64,000 nt of DNA from assembly GCA_047601445.1 (NCBI GenBank), contig JASGJH010000001.1, forward strand, positions 6,048,001 to 6,112,000, read 5' to 3'. Below the pieces are notes generated by a model, which worked only from the letters and a program-made list of their open reading frames with translations, was not told the DNA's origin and did no database searches. The DNA comes from Myxococcales bacterium (GTDB taxonomy: Bacteria; Myxococcota_A; Polyangia; Polyangiales; DASUME01). This document shows, piece by piece, positions 28,389 through 38,354 of the stretch. The number at the start of each line of letters is the position of its first letter. Positions within the stretch are counted from its first letter, which is position 1. The translations under genes and the position numbers were made by a program.

Positions 28389-28835
28389 TTAGGCACAGGC
28401 GTCGCACTGCCCTCGGATCTGAATCTCCAAATCCCCGCCCTTGCGCAGCGCGCTGGGGGCTCCGCGCAGGGCCTTGATGGCGATGCTGCCCGAGGGGAGA
28501 CACGAGACCTTGCCGCAGTCGGTGCACACGAAGTGCGGGTGTTGCTCGCTGTCGTGGGCGTTGCTCGAGCCGCCAGCCAGCTCGAAGCGCCAAATGTGGC
28601 CCACGTCACTGCGACGCAGGATGCCCGCCTCGGCCAGGTCGACCAAATTGCGGTAGACCGTGGTGCGATCGAGGCCCTGCTGCTCCAGCCGCGCCGCCAC
28701 GTCGGCGTGGCTGAGTGGGGTATCGGCGCCGCGCAGCACATTGATGACGGCGGTGCGAGACGAAGTCACGCGCAGTCCTGCGGTCTTGAGGAGCTCGCGG
28801 GTCTGCTCGCGGTCGTCCTTCTTCGCGCCTTTCAT
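28389..28835 (-). CDS. Fur-family transcriptional regulator (possibly Zur-like)
   Basis: GLRVT..R, DR.TVYRNL..L.E.G, HPHFVCTDC and C-terminal CDAC zinc motifs. Confidence 0.92.
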   Translation of the reverse strand: MKGAKKDDREQTRELLKTAGLRVTSSRTAVINVLRGADTPLSHADVAARLEQQGLDRTTVYRNLVDLAEAGILRRSDVGHIWRFELAGGSSNAHDSEQHPHFVCTDCGKVSCLPSGSIAIKALRGAPSALRKGGDLEIQIRGQCDACA

Positions 28836-29025
28836 GGGGCTGACGCTACCTCAGGGTCCAGCTCCGGACAACTGCGTGTGGGCTCGCGCCAGTAGCCCTG
28901 TTTACCCAGCGCCCCGCTCGCCAGTGAGCTCACCGTGTTCCTGGGCCTTCCATCTCGAAGCACGACCGTGCGAATAGGAATCTTGGCGCGTATCATTGGT
29001 CGCCGCGAAGGAGTCGTAACGAAGT

Positions 29026-29967
29026 ATGTCCAAGGCGCAGGTGAACGGGATTGAGCTTGCCTATGAGACGTTTGGCAAGGGCGAGCCGGTGATTCTCATC
29101 ATGGGCATCGGGGGCCAGATGGTGTTCTGGGACGAGGCGTTCTGCCATGACCTCGCGGCGCGCGGCTTCCAGGTCACGCGCTTCGACAACCGGGACGTGG
29201 GGCACTCCACGCGGCTCGAGCACCTGGGCGTGCAATCCCTGAACGACGTGATCAAGCAGCGCCTGCTCGGTGGGAACGTTCGCGCCGGCTATTCGCTCGA
29301 CGACATGGCCAAGGATACCGCGGGCCTGATCGAGGCGCTCGGCCACACGTCGGCCCACGTCATCGGCATGTCCCTGGGCGGGATGGTCGCGCAGTGCCTG
29401 GCGATCAATCATCCGGAACGCGTGCGCTCGCTGAACTTGATCATGACCACGCCGGGCGAGCTCTGGGCCAACGTCCCCACCTACCGCGCCTATAGCGCGT
29501 TGACGGGCAAGCCAGGTCGCACGCGCGAGGCCGTGATCGCGCGCCAGGTCGACGTGTTCAAGAAGATCGGCGGCTCGCGCCATGGTTCGCCAGCCAGCCT
29601 GGTCAGCAAGATGGCCGGCCTGCATTTCGACCGCGGGACCTATCCCAAGGGTTTCATGCGCCAGTTCGCGGCGGTGCTCTCGGCACCCGGACGCCTGCCG
29701 CGCTTGACGCGCGTGCGCATTCCGACCCTGGTGGTGCACGGCTCCGAGGATCCGTTGGTGCGTCCGCTGGGCGGCCGCTTGCTGGCGGCCGCGATCCCCG
29801 GGGCCCAGCTGTGCATGGTGCAAGGCATGGGGCACGATTTGGGGCCCAGTATTTGGCCCTTTTTCATCGAACGCTTCGTGGAGAACAGCAAGCGCAAGGT
29901 CTCCGATCTGCCGAGCAGCCCCTCACTCAAGCCGCTGATCGCACCGCCCATCTCCGTGCCCGGCTGA
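29026..29967 (+). CDS. Alpha/beta fold hydrolase
   Basis: LIMG.G, FDNRDVG.S, HVIGMSLGGM.AQ nucleophile elbow, VHGSEDPL, GMGHD. Confidence 0.92.
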   Translation: MSKAQVNGIELAYETFGKGEPVILIMGIGGQMVFWDEAFCHDLAARGFQVTRFDNRDVGHSTRLEHLGVQSLNDVIKQRLLGGNVRAGYSLDDMAKDTAGLIEALGHTSAHVIGMSLGGMVAQCLAINHPERVRSLNLIMTTPGELWANVPTYRAYSALTGKPGRTREAVIARQVDVFKKIGGSRHGSPASLVSKMAGLHFDRGTYPKGFMRQFAAVLSAPGRLPRLTRVRIPTLVVHGSEDPLVRPLGGRLLAAAIPGAQLCMVQGMGHDLGPSIWPFFIERFVENSKRKVSDLPSSPSLKPLIAPPISVPG

Positions 29968-30054
29968 GCAGCCCGAGGTCAGATCAGCGCTCGAGTAGAG
30001 GCCGATTCGCTCTCACGGCTTGCAAGGCAGCCTCGGGTGGGCTTCGCTCACGAC

Positions 30055-31785
30055 ATGACCTCGCTGCTCCGTGGCTCGCTCCTTCGCCTTGCGTGCGCGC
30101 TGTTTTTGCTGCTGTTCGGCCTTTCCTGGTCGCCCCTCGTAACGCACTCAGCAGACGGACCGACGTATGCCGAATACGCGGTGGCCGCCGACAACGTGCA
30201 GGCCTCCGAGGCTGGCGCCAGTATTCTGGCGGCCGGTGGCAACGCGGCCGATGCGGCGGCTGCGACGATGCTCGCGCTGGGTGTGGCCAGTCCCAGCTCG
30301 AGTGGGCTCGGCGGCGGTGGCTTCGCACTCTATTACCGCGCTTCGGACAAGTCCCTCAGCTTCCTCGATTTCCGCGAACGAGCTCCGCGCGGCGCCACGC
30401 CGGACATGTACAAGCGCGGCCCGAACGAGACCCAAGAAGCCGCCGACGAGCGTTCGCGCGTGGGAGGCCTCGCGGTGGCCGTGCCCGGGGAGCCGCTCGG
30501 GGTGGCCGAGTTGGTGGCGCGCTTCGGCAAGCTGCCCTTGAAGACCGTGGTGGAGCCCGCCCGCAAACTGGCTCAGGACGGCTTCAATCTCAGTGCCCAC
30601 ACGCTGCGCATCCTCGGCTTCGTGGGCAAAGAATTCCTGCGCGATCCGCTGGCCGCCAAGCTCTACGGTGGCTCCCCGGCCGTCGGCACCGCGCTGAAGA
30701 ACCCGGCACTCGCCAAGACGCTCGAGCTGTTGGGAAGCCAGGGCGCGCAACCCTTTTATCGCGGCGCCATCGCGCGCCAGATCGTGGCGGCCGTGCGCAG
30801 CCACGGTGGCGTGATGACGGCCCAGGACCTGCTCGACTACAAGACCGTCGATCGTAAGCCCCTGCTCGGCACACGCTTCGGCTACGACTTCGCCACCGCA
30901 CCGCCGCCGAGCGCCGGGGGGTACACGATCCTCACCAGCATGGCCCTGCTCGAGCGCTGGCTCCCCACCAAGGCCCACTGGCAGGGGCCTGAGCGCTATC
31001 ACGCGTTGATTGAGTCCTGGAAGGGCCCCTACCTCGATCGCCAGAGTTACCTGGGCGATCCGGACGCGGTGGCACTCCCGCTCGAGGCGCTCTCCGCGCC
31101 CGAACGCCTGACCGAACGCGCGAGCCGCTACCACCCCTTGCTCGCCGCGCCGGTCGATTCGTACACGCAGCCGTTACCCGCTACTCCCGCGCCCGCGCTA
31201 CAGCCCGACAACAGGGGCACGTCGCACCTGTGCGTGGTCGACGCCGAGGGCAACATCGCCGCGGTCACCACCACGGTGAACCTGCCGTTCGGAGCTCGCA
31301 TCTCGGTGGCCGGCATGTGGCTCAACGACGAGATGGACGACTTCGCCAGCGAGGTGGGCGAGCAGAACGCCTTCGGCTTGAGCGGCGGCGCGCCCAACCT
31401 GCCCGGTCCAGGCAAACGCCCGGTCTCGAGTATGACGCCCACCATTGTGTTCAAAGATGGCACGCCTATCCTGTGCGTTGGGGGCAGCGGCGGCAGCCGT
31501 ATCGTTACCGCCGTGCAGCAGGTGGCCCTGGGGATCTTGATCGACGGGCTCCATCCCGCGCGCGCCGTGGTCGCCCCACGCCTTCACCACCAGGCCGTGC
31601 CGGCCCACGTGGACGCGCGTGACCTGCCTCAGGCGACCTTCGACGAACTCGTGAAGCGCGGGCACGCGATGCGGCCGATGGGCTTCTCCGCGCACGTCCA
31701 GGCCATCGCGATCGGCGCGCCAGGACCCGAGCGTCTCAAGGCCGCCAGCGACCCGCAAAAAGGCGGCGAACCGCGCGGGAAGTAA
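30055..31785 (+). CDS. ggt: Gamma-glutamyltransferase
   Basis: GGNAADAA, SGLGGGGF, DFRERAP, VPGE, PPPSAGG, GTSHLCVVD (autocleavage Thr), LNDEMDDF, PGKRP.SSM.P, GG.GG.RI. Confidence 0.93.
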   Translation: MTSLLRGSLLRLACALFLLLFGLSWSPLVTHSADGPTYAEYAVAADNVQASEAGASILAAGGNAADAAAATMLALGVASPSSSGLGGGGFALYYRASDKSLSFLDFRERAPRGATPDMYKRGPNETQEAADERSRVGGLAVAVPGEPLGVAELVARFGKLPLKTVVEPARKLAQDGFNLSAHTLRILGFVGKEFLRDPLAAKLYGGSPAVGTALKNPALAKTLELLGSQGAQPFYRGAIARQIVAAVRSHGGVMTAQDLLDYKTVDRKPLLGTRFGYDFATAPPPSAGGYTILTSMALLERWLPTKAHWQGPERYHALIESWKGPYLDRQSYLGDPDAVALPLEALSAPERLTERASRYHPLLAAPVDSYTQPLPATPAPALQPDNRGTSHLCVVDAEGNIAAVTTTVNLPFGARISVAGMWLNDEMDDFASEVGEQNAFGLSGGAPNLPGPGKRPVSSMTPTIVFKDGTPILCVGGSGGSRIVTAVQQVALGILIDGLHPARAVVAPRLHHQAVPAHVDARDLPQATFDELVKRGHAMRPMGFSAHVQAIAIGAPGPERLKAASDPQKGGEPRGK

Positions 31786-31804
31786 GAGCTGGCATTCTGT
31801 TTTC

Positions 31805-31987
31805 GGGGAGGGCACGCGCCCTCCCCGCCCGTCGCGGCAAAGCCGCGTCGGGGCCCACCCCACGGCGAGGTTCGCTGCGCTCACGAATGCGCTCGCAAGT
31901 TCTATCAAGAGGGCACGCGCCCTCCCCGCCCGTCGCGGCAAAGCCGCGTCGGGGCCCACCCCACGGCGAGGTTCGCTGCGCTCACGA
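31805..31987. repeat. Two tandem identical 79-bp REP-like palindromic repeats (31808-31886 and 31909-31987)
   Basis: Exact direct repeat separated by 22 nt; internal hairpins; third diverged copy at 557-632. Confidence 0.9.
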
Positions 31988-32061
31988 CGTGGCTTGATTG
32001 AAGCGTTTGCTTTGTTCACGACTTCCTTGCTCACAGGCGTGACTCGGTGTAGCCCGAGAGG

Positions 32062-33000
32062 ATGCGCTTCGTTTTCGTGATGGATCCGCCCCATGCAATC
32101 AAGTTCGAGTCGGACACTTCGTTCGCGTTGATGCTGGAGGCGCAGGCTCAAGGGCATCGCGTCGACCATTGTGAGGCCAAAGATCTGTTTCTCGTCGGTG
32201 GTGTTCTGCACGCACAAGTCACGCGCGCTCAGGTTCAGCGCGACCCCATCGAGCCCATCTCGCTGGCGCAGCGCGAGGACGTGAACCTCGAGCACGTCGA
32301 CGCGGTGTTCGTGCGCACCGACCCGCCCTTCGACTCGCAGTACCTCTGGTGCACGCTGATGCTCGAGCGCCTGCGCGACAAGACCCTCGTGGTCAACGAT
32401 CCGCGCGGCCTGCGCGAGGCCAACGAGAAGCTCTACGCCTGCAACTTCCCGGAGCTCATGCCGGAGACATTGGTCTCCAGCCATCGCGATCGCATCCGCA
32501 ACTTCGTGCAGCAGGTCGGCGGGCGGGCGGTCATCAAGCCCATCGATGGTGCGGGCGGCGTGGGCGTGATGGCGCTCATCGAGGGCGACCCCAACCTGCG
32601 GGCCATCATCGACAACACCACGCACAACGGCACCCGGGTGGCCATGGTGCAACGCTTCTTGCCCGAGTACAAAGCTGGGGACAAGCGCATCCTGTTGCTC
32701 GATGGGGAGCCCATCGGGGCGGTCCTACGGGTACCGCGGGCGGATGACATCGCGAGCAACCTGCGTATGGGTGGCAGCGCCGAGGCCGGTGGCATCGACG
32801 ACGCCGACCGCCGCATCATCGAGACGCTGGCCCCGCGCCTGCGCAAGGACGGGCTCTACTTCGTGGGGCTCGATGTGATCGGAGGCTTCCTCACGGAGGT
32901 CAACGTCACGAGTCCCACCGGCATCCAGCAAATCTCCCGCCTCAACAACGAGAACGTGCCCAAGCGCGTGATCGATTGGGTGGTCCGCAAGGCCTCCTGA
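32062..33000 (+). CDS. gshB: Glutathione synthetase
   Basis: FVMDP, DTSFALMLEAQ..G, R.DPPFD..Y, VVNDP.GLR.ANEK, KP.DG.GG, GDKRI, FVGLDVIG..LTEVNVTSPTG. Confidence 0.95.
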   Translation: MRFVFVMDPPHAIKFESDTSFALMLEAQAQGHRVDHCEAKDLFLVGGVLHAQVTRAQVQRDPIEPISLAQREDVNLEHVDAVFVRTDPPFDSQYLWCTLMLERLRDKTLVVNDPRGLREANEKLYACNFPELMPETLVSSHRDRIRNFVQQVGGRAVIKPIDGAGGVGVMALIEGDPNLRAIIDNTTHNGTRVAMVQRFLPEYKAGDKRILLLDGEPIGAVLRVPRADDIASNLRMGGSAEAGGIDDADRRIIETLAPRLRKDGLYFVGLDVIGGFLTEVNVTSPTGIQQISRLNNENVPKRVIDWVVRKAS

Positions 33001-33033
33001 GCAGACGCTGACGAACATCAGCGCCTACTCTTT

Positions 33034-33059
33034 GCCCGCCTTGCGCCAGCAAGGCGGGC
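33034..33059. terminator. Stem-loop downstream of gshB
   Basis: Perfect 11-bp stem gcccgccttgc-gcca-gcaaggcgggc; no clear U-tract. Confidence 0.45.
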
Positions 33060-33313
33060 CCGTGCCGGCTCCTGTCGCGCCTCCCGCCGCGCGTGCTGCA
33101 AACACGCTGCAAACTTGCGCGCACACGGTTTTGGGACCGATTTAGGCGCGTCGCAAGATTCGCGCGCCACAGGAGCGGTCAAGTCATTGTCCCCAGTGGC
33201 CTGGTCAGCCGCGCCCACTGCGGTGGTCGTTTCTGTCATGGATGGCTGGTTGAAACGCCTCGTTGTGCTGGCGGCCATGCACTCCGACGGCGTTCTCGAA
33301 AGACCAGGAAGAC

Positions 33314-34435
33314 ATGTCCTCCCTTCGCCTAGCTAGCGCTTCGCTTCTGTGGGCCCTGAGCGGCGCGCTCGTCGCTTGCGGCAGTGATCCCGAGCCTCTC
33401 TCCTCCGGTAACCACGACATCCACGGCGACGGGGATGGAGATGGCGACGGGGATGGCGATGGCGATGGTGACGGTGACGAAGGCGACGGCGATACCGGCG
33501 ACGGCGACACTGGCGACGGCGACCGCGGAGACGGGGATGTTGGCGACGGCGATGTCGGCGACGGCGATGTCGGCGATGGCGACGGGGACGTGGTCGGGGA
33601 CGGCGATGGCGACACGGCCACGCCCGGGTGCTGCAAGGACTGCATCTGCCGCGGAGCCGATCCGGCGGACGGCGTGCTCGACAAGAACGGTCCCTTCAAG
33701 ACCGCCAAATACACTGACGGCTTCCGTAACGGTCCCGAGTTCGGAGCGGCCACCGTGTACTACCCGACCGACGCGCCGCCTCCCCTGGCTGGCGTGATCA
33801 TGTGCCCCGGCTATACGGCCGTCCAGAGCTCCATCGCGGCGTGGGGGCCCTTCTTCGCCTCCCACGGCATCGTGCTGGTCACCATCGACACCAACACCAC
33901 CGGAGATCAGGTGCCCCAGCGGGCCAAGGCGCTGCTCGACGCGCTCGATTCCCTCAAGCAGGAAAACACGCGCGACGGCAGTCCGCTCAAGGGCAAGCTC
34001 AGCAAGGATCGCTACGGACTCTCCGGCTGGTCCATGGGCGGAGGCGGCACCTGGATCGCCACCGCTGCGCATCCCGAGCTCAAGACGGGCGTGACCCTGG
34101 CCGGCCACAACGCCACCGCGGGCGGCGGCCAGATCGCAGCCGGCTCCAAGGTGCCCACCCTGATGCTCAACGGCGCCGACGACACCTCCATCCTCGGCGG
34201 ACAAAACCAGACCCAGAACGCCTATGCCGCGATCCCCAGCACCACACCCAAGCTCATGTACATCATGAACGGCGAGGGCCATTTCTCCTGGGGCACGCCC
34301 ACCACCAACGGCAACGCATCGGGTCGCTACGTGATGGCCTGGGAAAAGACCTTCCTCGAGGGCGACGAGCGCTACCGCAAGTTCCTGTTGGTGGAAGGCC
34401 CGAAGGCGGCCGTGTGGGAATCGAACCTGAAGTGA
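33314..34435 (+). CDS. Lipoprotein with Gly-Asp repeat linker and cutinase/PETase-like alpha/beta hydrolase domain
   Basis: Lipobox LVAC; (GD)n tract ~33424-33615; PGYTA.QSSI..WGP..ASHG, TIDTN, GWSMGGGG, VPTL...G.DD, GEGH, AW...FL.GD.RY. Confidence 0.85.
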   Translation: MSSLRLASASLLWALSGALVACGSDPEPLSSGNHDIHGDGDGDGDGDGDGDGDGDEGDGDTGDGDTGDGDRGDGDVGDGDVGDGDVGDGDGDVVGDGDGDTATPGCCKDCICRGADPADGVLDKNGPFKTAKYTDGFRNGPEFGAATVYYPTDAPPPLAGVIMCPGYTAVQSSIAAWGPFFASHGIVLVTIDTNTTGDQVPQRAKALLDALDSLKQENTRDGSPLKGKLSKDRYGLSGWSMGGGGTWIATAAHPELKTGVTLAGHNATAGGGQIAAGSKVPTLMLNGADDTSILGGQNQTQNAYAAIPSTTPKLMYIMNGEGHFSWGTPTTNGNASGRYVMAWEKTFLEGDERYRKFLLVEGPKAAVWESNLK

Positions 34436-34468
34436 AGTGAACTAGGGCGGGGGCGCCGCAGCCACGGT

Positions 34469-36559
34469 TCAGAGCGTCTCTAGATAGGCGCTCAAGTCCT
34501 GCAAGTCCTGCTGCGACAGATGCGACACCTTGCCGTGCTTGTCGCCGCCGCACCTGGCGTCGAAGCGGTCGAGTAGGGTCTTGGCGCAGCCATCGTGCAT
34601 GTAGGGTGCGCGCGTGCCCACGCCGCGCAGGGAGGGCACCTGGAACATGCCGCCCGTGCCCACGTCGGCGCTCAAGTTGTTGGTGAGCGTGGCCCCTTGG
34701 TGGCAGTCGGTGCAGCCGACCGCATCGGACACGAACAGCGATTCACCACGTGCCACGCTCGAGCTGTCGCGGGCTTCGAGTTTGAGCGCAGGTTGCACGT
34801 CGATCCAGCCCGAGAGCGCGTCGGCGTAGCGCTGCTCGACGGCGAAGCCACCCATGCGGCCCGTCATCACGTTATCCACCAAGTGCTTGAAGGTCGGCAG
34901 GTCTCCATCCCAGTGGAAGGGCGCCGTGGCCAGGAACCCTCCACGCATGTTCTGGGTGCGTCGCGGACCGATGCCCTCGAAGGTCCACACGTGGCCGTCG
35001 TCGAGTGCTTCGCCATGGCAAGAGGCGCAGGCGAGTCCGCTGCCCACGTTGGCATGGAACAGGTCGTGGCCCGTGTCCTGGGCTGACGTGTCGTTCAGGG
35101 AGATTGCGAGATCCTCGTTCACCGAGCTCAAGAACTCGCTGCCCGGCGTCAAGTCGACGAGGTCCGTCGCGGATGCCTTGAGCGTGTACACACGGAGCGT
35201 GGCGGGCTCGCGGCTTTGCACGTAGAGCTTTCCCTTGCCATCGAAGGCCACGGCGGTGGCCTGATAGTCGGTGCCCACCGAATAGGTGGAGAAGCTGCAG
35301 CCTCCCGGGATCATCGTGGGGATCCCCGCGTCGGAGCCCGGCAAGCCCGCATCCTTCTCCGTGCCTGGCGAGCCCGCATCCTTCTCCGTGCGTGGCGTGC
35401 CCGCGTCCTCTTCATCTCCATGGTGACGACAGTGACGTTCGTGCCCGCCGACGTTGTAGTGTGCGTTGTAGAAGAGCACGGTGGGGCCGCCCTGCAGGTA
35501 GTTGCCCGCTGCAGCCACGACGAGCCAGACGTTGTCCGGCGAGAGCACGGCATCCACCGCCACCGTCGCGTCGGTCATCGGCATCACGGCTTCGTTGGGT
35601 CCTTCCGGTCCGGTGAGCGTGGCGGCTGCTTGCGTGATGGTCCCGCAGCCTCCGCCGTAGCCGCCCGGCTGCGTGGAGACCTCTTCGCGCTGGGAGCGCT
35701 GGTGCAACGTGAAGACGGTGTCGTCCGGTCCGAGCATGCTGCGCCAGGCCAGTGTGGCGCTCATGGTGACTTCGGTGGGCGTCAGCGTCCCCGGCTGGGG
35801 GGCAAGCTCCGCGGACATGCCATCGGGCGGGAGCAGGGGAATCCCGCCGGCGAAGCGCGACTCGTGGGAGTCGGGTGGTGCTAGACGCGCGAGGACCTGG
35901 CCCTTGGAATCGAGGCGCAGCAGTTCGGCACTCCGGTAACGCGTGACGTAGAGCGCATGGTTCGTGACCACCACGTCGCGCAGGTCGTGATCGATGAACA
36001 CGCGCTGCTTCTCGGAGTAGTCGCTGGCCGAGAGCCACACGACATCGCCGCTACTGCACGCGACCACCAGGGAAGCGCTTTTTGGATCGACGGCCACTCC
36101 GCGCGGCATGTCGCACACGCGCGTGCTGCTCGCGAGCTTGAGCTTGGCAAGGTCGAGGTGTGCCAGCTCACCGGTGCCTCGCATCACCACGTGGGCTTGG
36201 CCGCGCGCATCGAACAGCACACGCGAGGGCTCGCTGCCGTTGGGCATCTGCAACGTGGTGACTTGCTTGGTGGCCAGCTTGACGAGGTAGATGGCGTCCC
36301 GATCCGGGTCCGAGGCCACCGCCAAGGTGCCGTCCGCGGACACGGCGAGGGTGCCGCCGCTGATGGCGGGTGGGCGCTTGGTCGGGGTGATTACGTCGCC
36401 GAGGCGCGCGGGGGGAGGCAGGGTGGCGAAGTCGCTGCCCGCATCCAAGGGCGAGGGCTCGAAGCCATCCCCGATGGGTCGTGACAGATGGCCCGATTCT
36501 CCGCACGCGGCCAGACACAACAGCCCAAGACCCAAAGACTTTTTGACGGTGGTCCGCAC
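34469..36559 (-). CDS. Lipoprotein with beta-propeller (YVTN-like) and C-terminal di-heme cytochrome c domain
   Basis: Lipobox LAAC; SDPDRD and EP.RV propeller motifs; CASCH and CTDCH; APFHWDG and PSLRGV..RAPYMHDG; 27-bp in-frame repeats at 35345-35413; GTG start with GGAGG. Confidence 0.82.
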   Translation of the reverse strand: MRTTVKKSLGLGLLCLAACGESGHLSRPIGDGFEPSPLDAGSDFATLPPPARLGDVITPTKRPPAISGGTLAVSADGTLAVASDPDRDAIYLVKLATKQVTTLQMPNGSEPSRVLFDARGQAHVVMRGTGELAHLDLAKLKLASSTRVCDMPRGVAVDPKSASLVVACSSGDVVWLSASDYSEKQRVFIDHDLRDVVVTNHALYVTRYRSAELLRLDSKGQVLARLAPPDSHESRFAGGIPLLPPDGMSAELAPQPGTLTPTEVTMSATLAWRSMLGPDDTVFTLHQRSQREEVSTQPGGYGGGCGTITQAAATLTGPEGPNEAVMPMTDATVAVDAVLSPDNVWLVVAAAGNYLQGGPTVLFYNAHYNVGGHERHCRHHGDEEDAGTPRTEKDAGSPGTEKDAGLPGSDAGIPTMIPGGCSFSTYSVGTDYQATAVAFDGKGKLYVQSREPATLRVYTLKASATDLVDLTPGSEFLSSVNEDLAISLNDTSAQDTGHDLFHANVGSGLACASCHGEALDDGHVWTFEGIGPRRTQNMRGGFLATAPFHWDGDLPTFKHLVDNVMTGRMGGFAVEQRYADALSGWIDVQPALKLEARDSSSVARGESLFVSDAVGCTDCHQGATLTNNLSADVGTGGMFQVPSLRGVGTRAPYMHDGCAKTLLDRFDARCGGDKHGKVSHLSQQDLQDLSAYLETL

Positions 36560-36713
36560 GCACGCCTCCACTGATTTCGGCGCCAGCCCGCTCCACCAGG
36601 GAGGGTGGGAGACCGGCGCCAATCTATCTGTGCATCGGGTAACGCCAAACAGCTCAACAAAAAGTCCGCGAGGTCGGGGCGATGCGGGCTTTAACCGCGC
36701 GTTTCACCCTGAC

Positions 36714-37979
36714 TCAGCGCCGATAGATGGGTAGGTGCATCCCGAACTTGGAGCCCTTACCGAGCTCGCTGCTGGCCGAGATGAACCCGCCGTACTGCGT
36801 GACGATATCGCGTGAGATGGTGAGGCCCAAGCCCGTGCCCTTGCCGGCAGGCTTGGTGGTGTAGAACGGCTCGAAGATCTGCGACACCATCTCCGGTGCC
36901 ATCCCGCAGCCCGTGTCCTCCACTTCGACCACCACCTCGCGCCCCGTGAGCTGCGTATTCTCGAGATGACTCGCGTCGCTGGCGGGCACTTCGCGAACAC
37001 GCACGCGGATCTCGTGTTCGTCGGGGGCACCCTCCGGGATGGCCTGGGCAGCGTTCACCAGCAAGTTCAGGATGGCGTGGGCCAAGGGACCCTCGCTCGC
37101 GCGCACCAGCGGCACCGGCTCCAGCTGCGCGATCACGTGGGCGCGATTCTCCATCTGGTGCGCGGCCAGGCGCGTCGCTGCGTCGAGTGCCCGTAGCGGG
37201 TCCGTCATGGGCTCGTCGCTCTCGCCAGTTTCGCGGAAGGTCGTGAGCAAGCTGACCGCGAAGGCCACGCGCTCGGCTTCCGAATAGACCCGCTCCAGAA
37301 GCTGACGCAGATGGGGACCGCCGCGCAGGCCCGTGCGCTCGTCGTCGTAGTTGGAAGCGTTCGCCGCGTCGTCCTGCTTCGCGCGGGCTTCGAGCTCGCC
37401 GCAGGCACCCAGTGCCTTGTCCAGGAGTTCCAGCATGCGCCCCACGGGGGTGTTGATCTCGTGGCTGACGCTGGCCACCAACATGTTCAACGACGCCATG
37501 CGCTCCACCTGAACGGCGCGTGCCGCGAGCCGACGTCGCTCGCTCGCCAGCAACACGTGCTCGATCACGCTGCAGAGTCGCTCGAGGTCCACCGGCTTGC
37601 TCAAGTAGGCCGCCGCGTCGATGGCGGCCGCGAAGGGCGAGGTGTCTCCCGAGACTGCGATCACCGGGATATCGAGCAAGGAAGGTTGCTTCTTTTGTTC
37701 CACGCGAAAGTCCCATCCGTTCATGCCGGGTAACATCAGATCGAGCACGATGAGGTCGGGTCGCCCTCCGTTCAACATCGCCCGCAATGCCAGGTCGGCG
37801 TCCGCGTAGCACTCCACGCGATGGCCCCTCGCGCGCAAGCGTTCACTGAGCAAACGGGATGTGTCCTCGTCGTCGTCGATGATGGCGATGGACGTTGCGT
37901 GCTGCTCTTCATGCTGTTCCGGCGCGCGGCGAGCGTGCTCGCGCGCCGACCCGCGCGCGCCGACCTCTTGGTGCGACAT
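36714..37979 (-). CDS. Hybrid sensor histidine kinase (receiver, HisKA, HATPase)
   Basis: IIDDD, LIVLDLMLPGMNG, KP; H-box SHEINTP; NLLVNA, DTGCGM, FEPFYTTK, GTGLGL. Confidence 0.92.
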   Translation of the reverse strand: MSHQEVGARGSAREHARRAPEQHEEQHATSIAIIDDDEDTSRLLSERLRARGHRVECYADADLALRAMLNGGRPDLIVLDLMLPGMNGWDFRVEQKKQPSLLDIPVIAVSGDTSPFAAAIDAAAYLSKPVDLERLCSVIEHVLLASERRRLAARAVQVERMASLNMLVASVSHEINTPVGRMLELLDKALGACGELEARAKQDDAANASNYDDERTGLRGGPHLRQLLERVYSEAERVAFAVSLLTTFRETGESDEPMTDPLRALDAATRLAAHQMENRAHVIAQLEPVPLVRASEGPLAHAILNLLVNAAQAIPEGAPDEHEIRVRVREVPASDASHLENTQLTGREVVVEVEDTGCGMAPEMVSQIFEPFYTTKPAGKGTGLGLTISRDIVTQYGGFISASSELGKGSKFGMHLPIYRR

Positions 37980-38241
37980 GTGGGCTCCTCGAATTGAAAG
38001 CTTCCCCGCCGCGAAGGCCTGCAAGAAATGGGCAAAAATCGGCCGTCAGAGTCCCCGTTGGGGATCACTCGGGTTTCACCAAATGGCGGCCCAATCGACG
38101 CACTGGGGCCTCTCGCAAGAACGCCACGCTGCGCCACCTCTGCGCGCGATCTTCCACGTGGTCCTCCTCTTCAGCTCACGCTCTGACTGCGACGGGCGCA
38201 GTTTTGCTGGAACTTCCCGCTGGTTTTCCTGCGTCCCAGAA

Positions 38242-38257
38242 CGGCACGCCTTCTGCA
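38242..38257 (+). promoter_or_regulatory. Putative sigma54 promoter
   Basis: CGGCAC-GCCTT-CTGCA, GG-N10-GC spacing, ~100 bp upstream of the DUF1328 gene. Confidence 0.5.
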
Positions 38258-38354
38258 CTGGCCCCAAGACAGGTTCGGTGAGGCGCGCGACAAGCGCGCG
38301 AGAGGACGAAGGAAGCGCGCTTTTCGAAGCGCGCATGAGACAGGAGGGAAACCC

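Noticed and set aside
31805..31987. Possible mini-CRISPR (repeat, 22-nt spacer, repeat)
   Set aside because: The 79-bp repeat is too long, there are only two copies, and a dispersed copy at 557-632 indicates a REP-like element.
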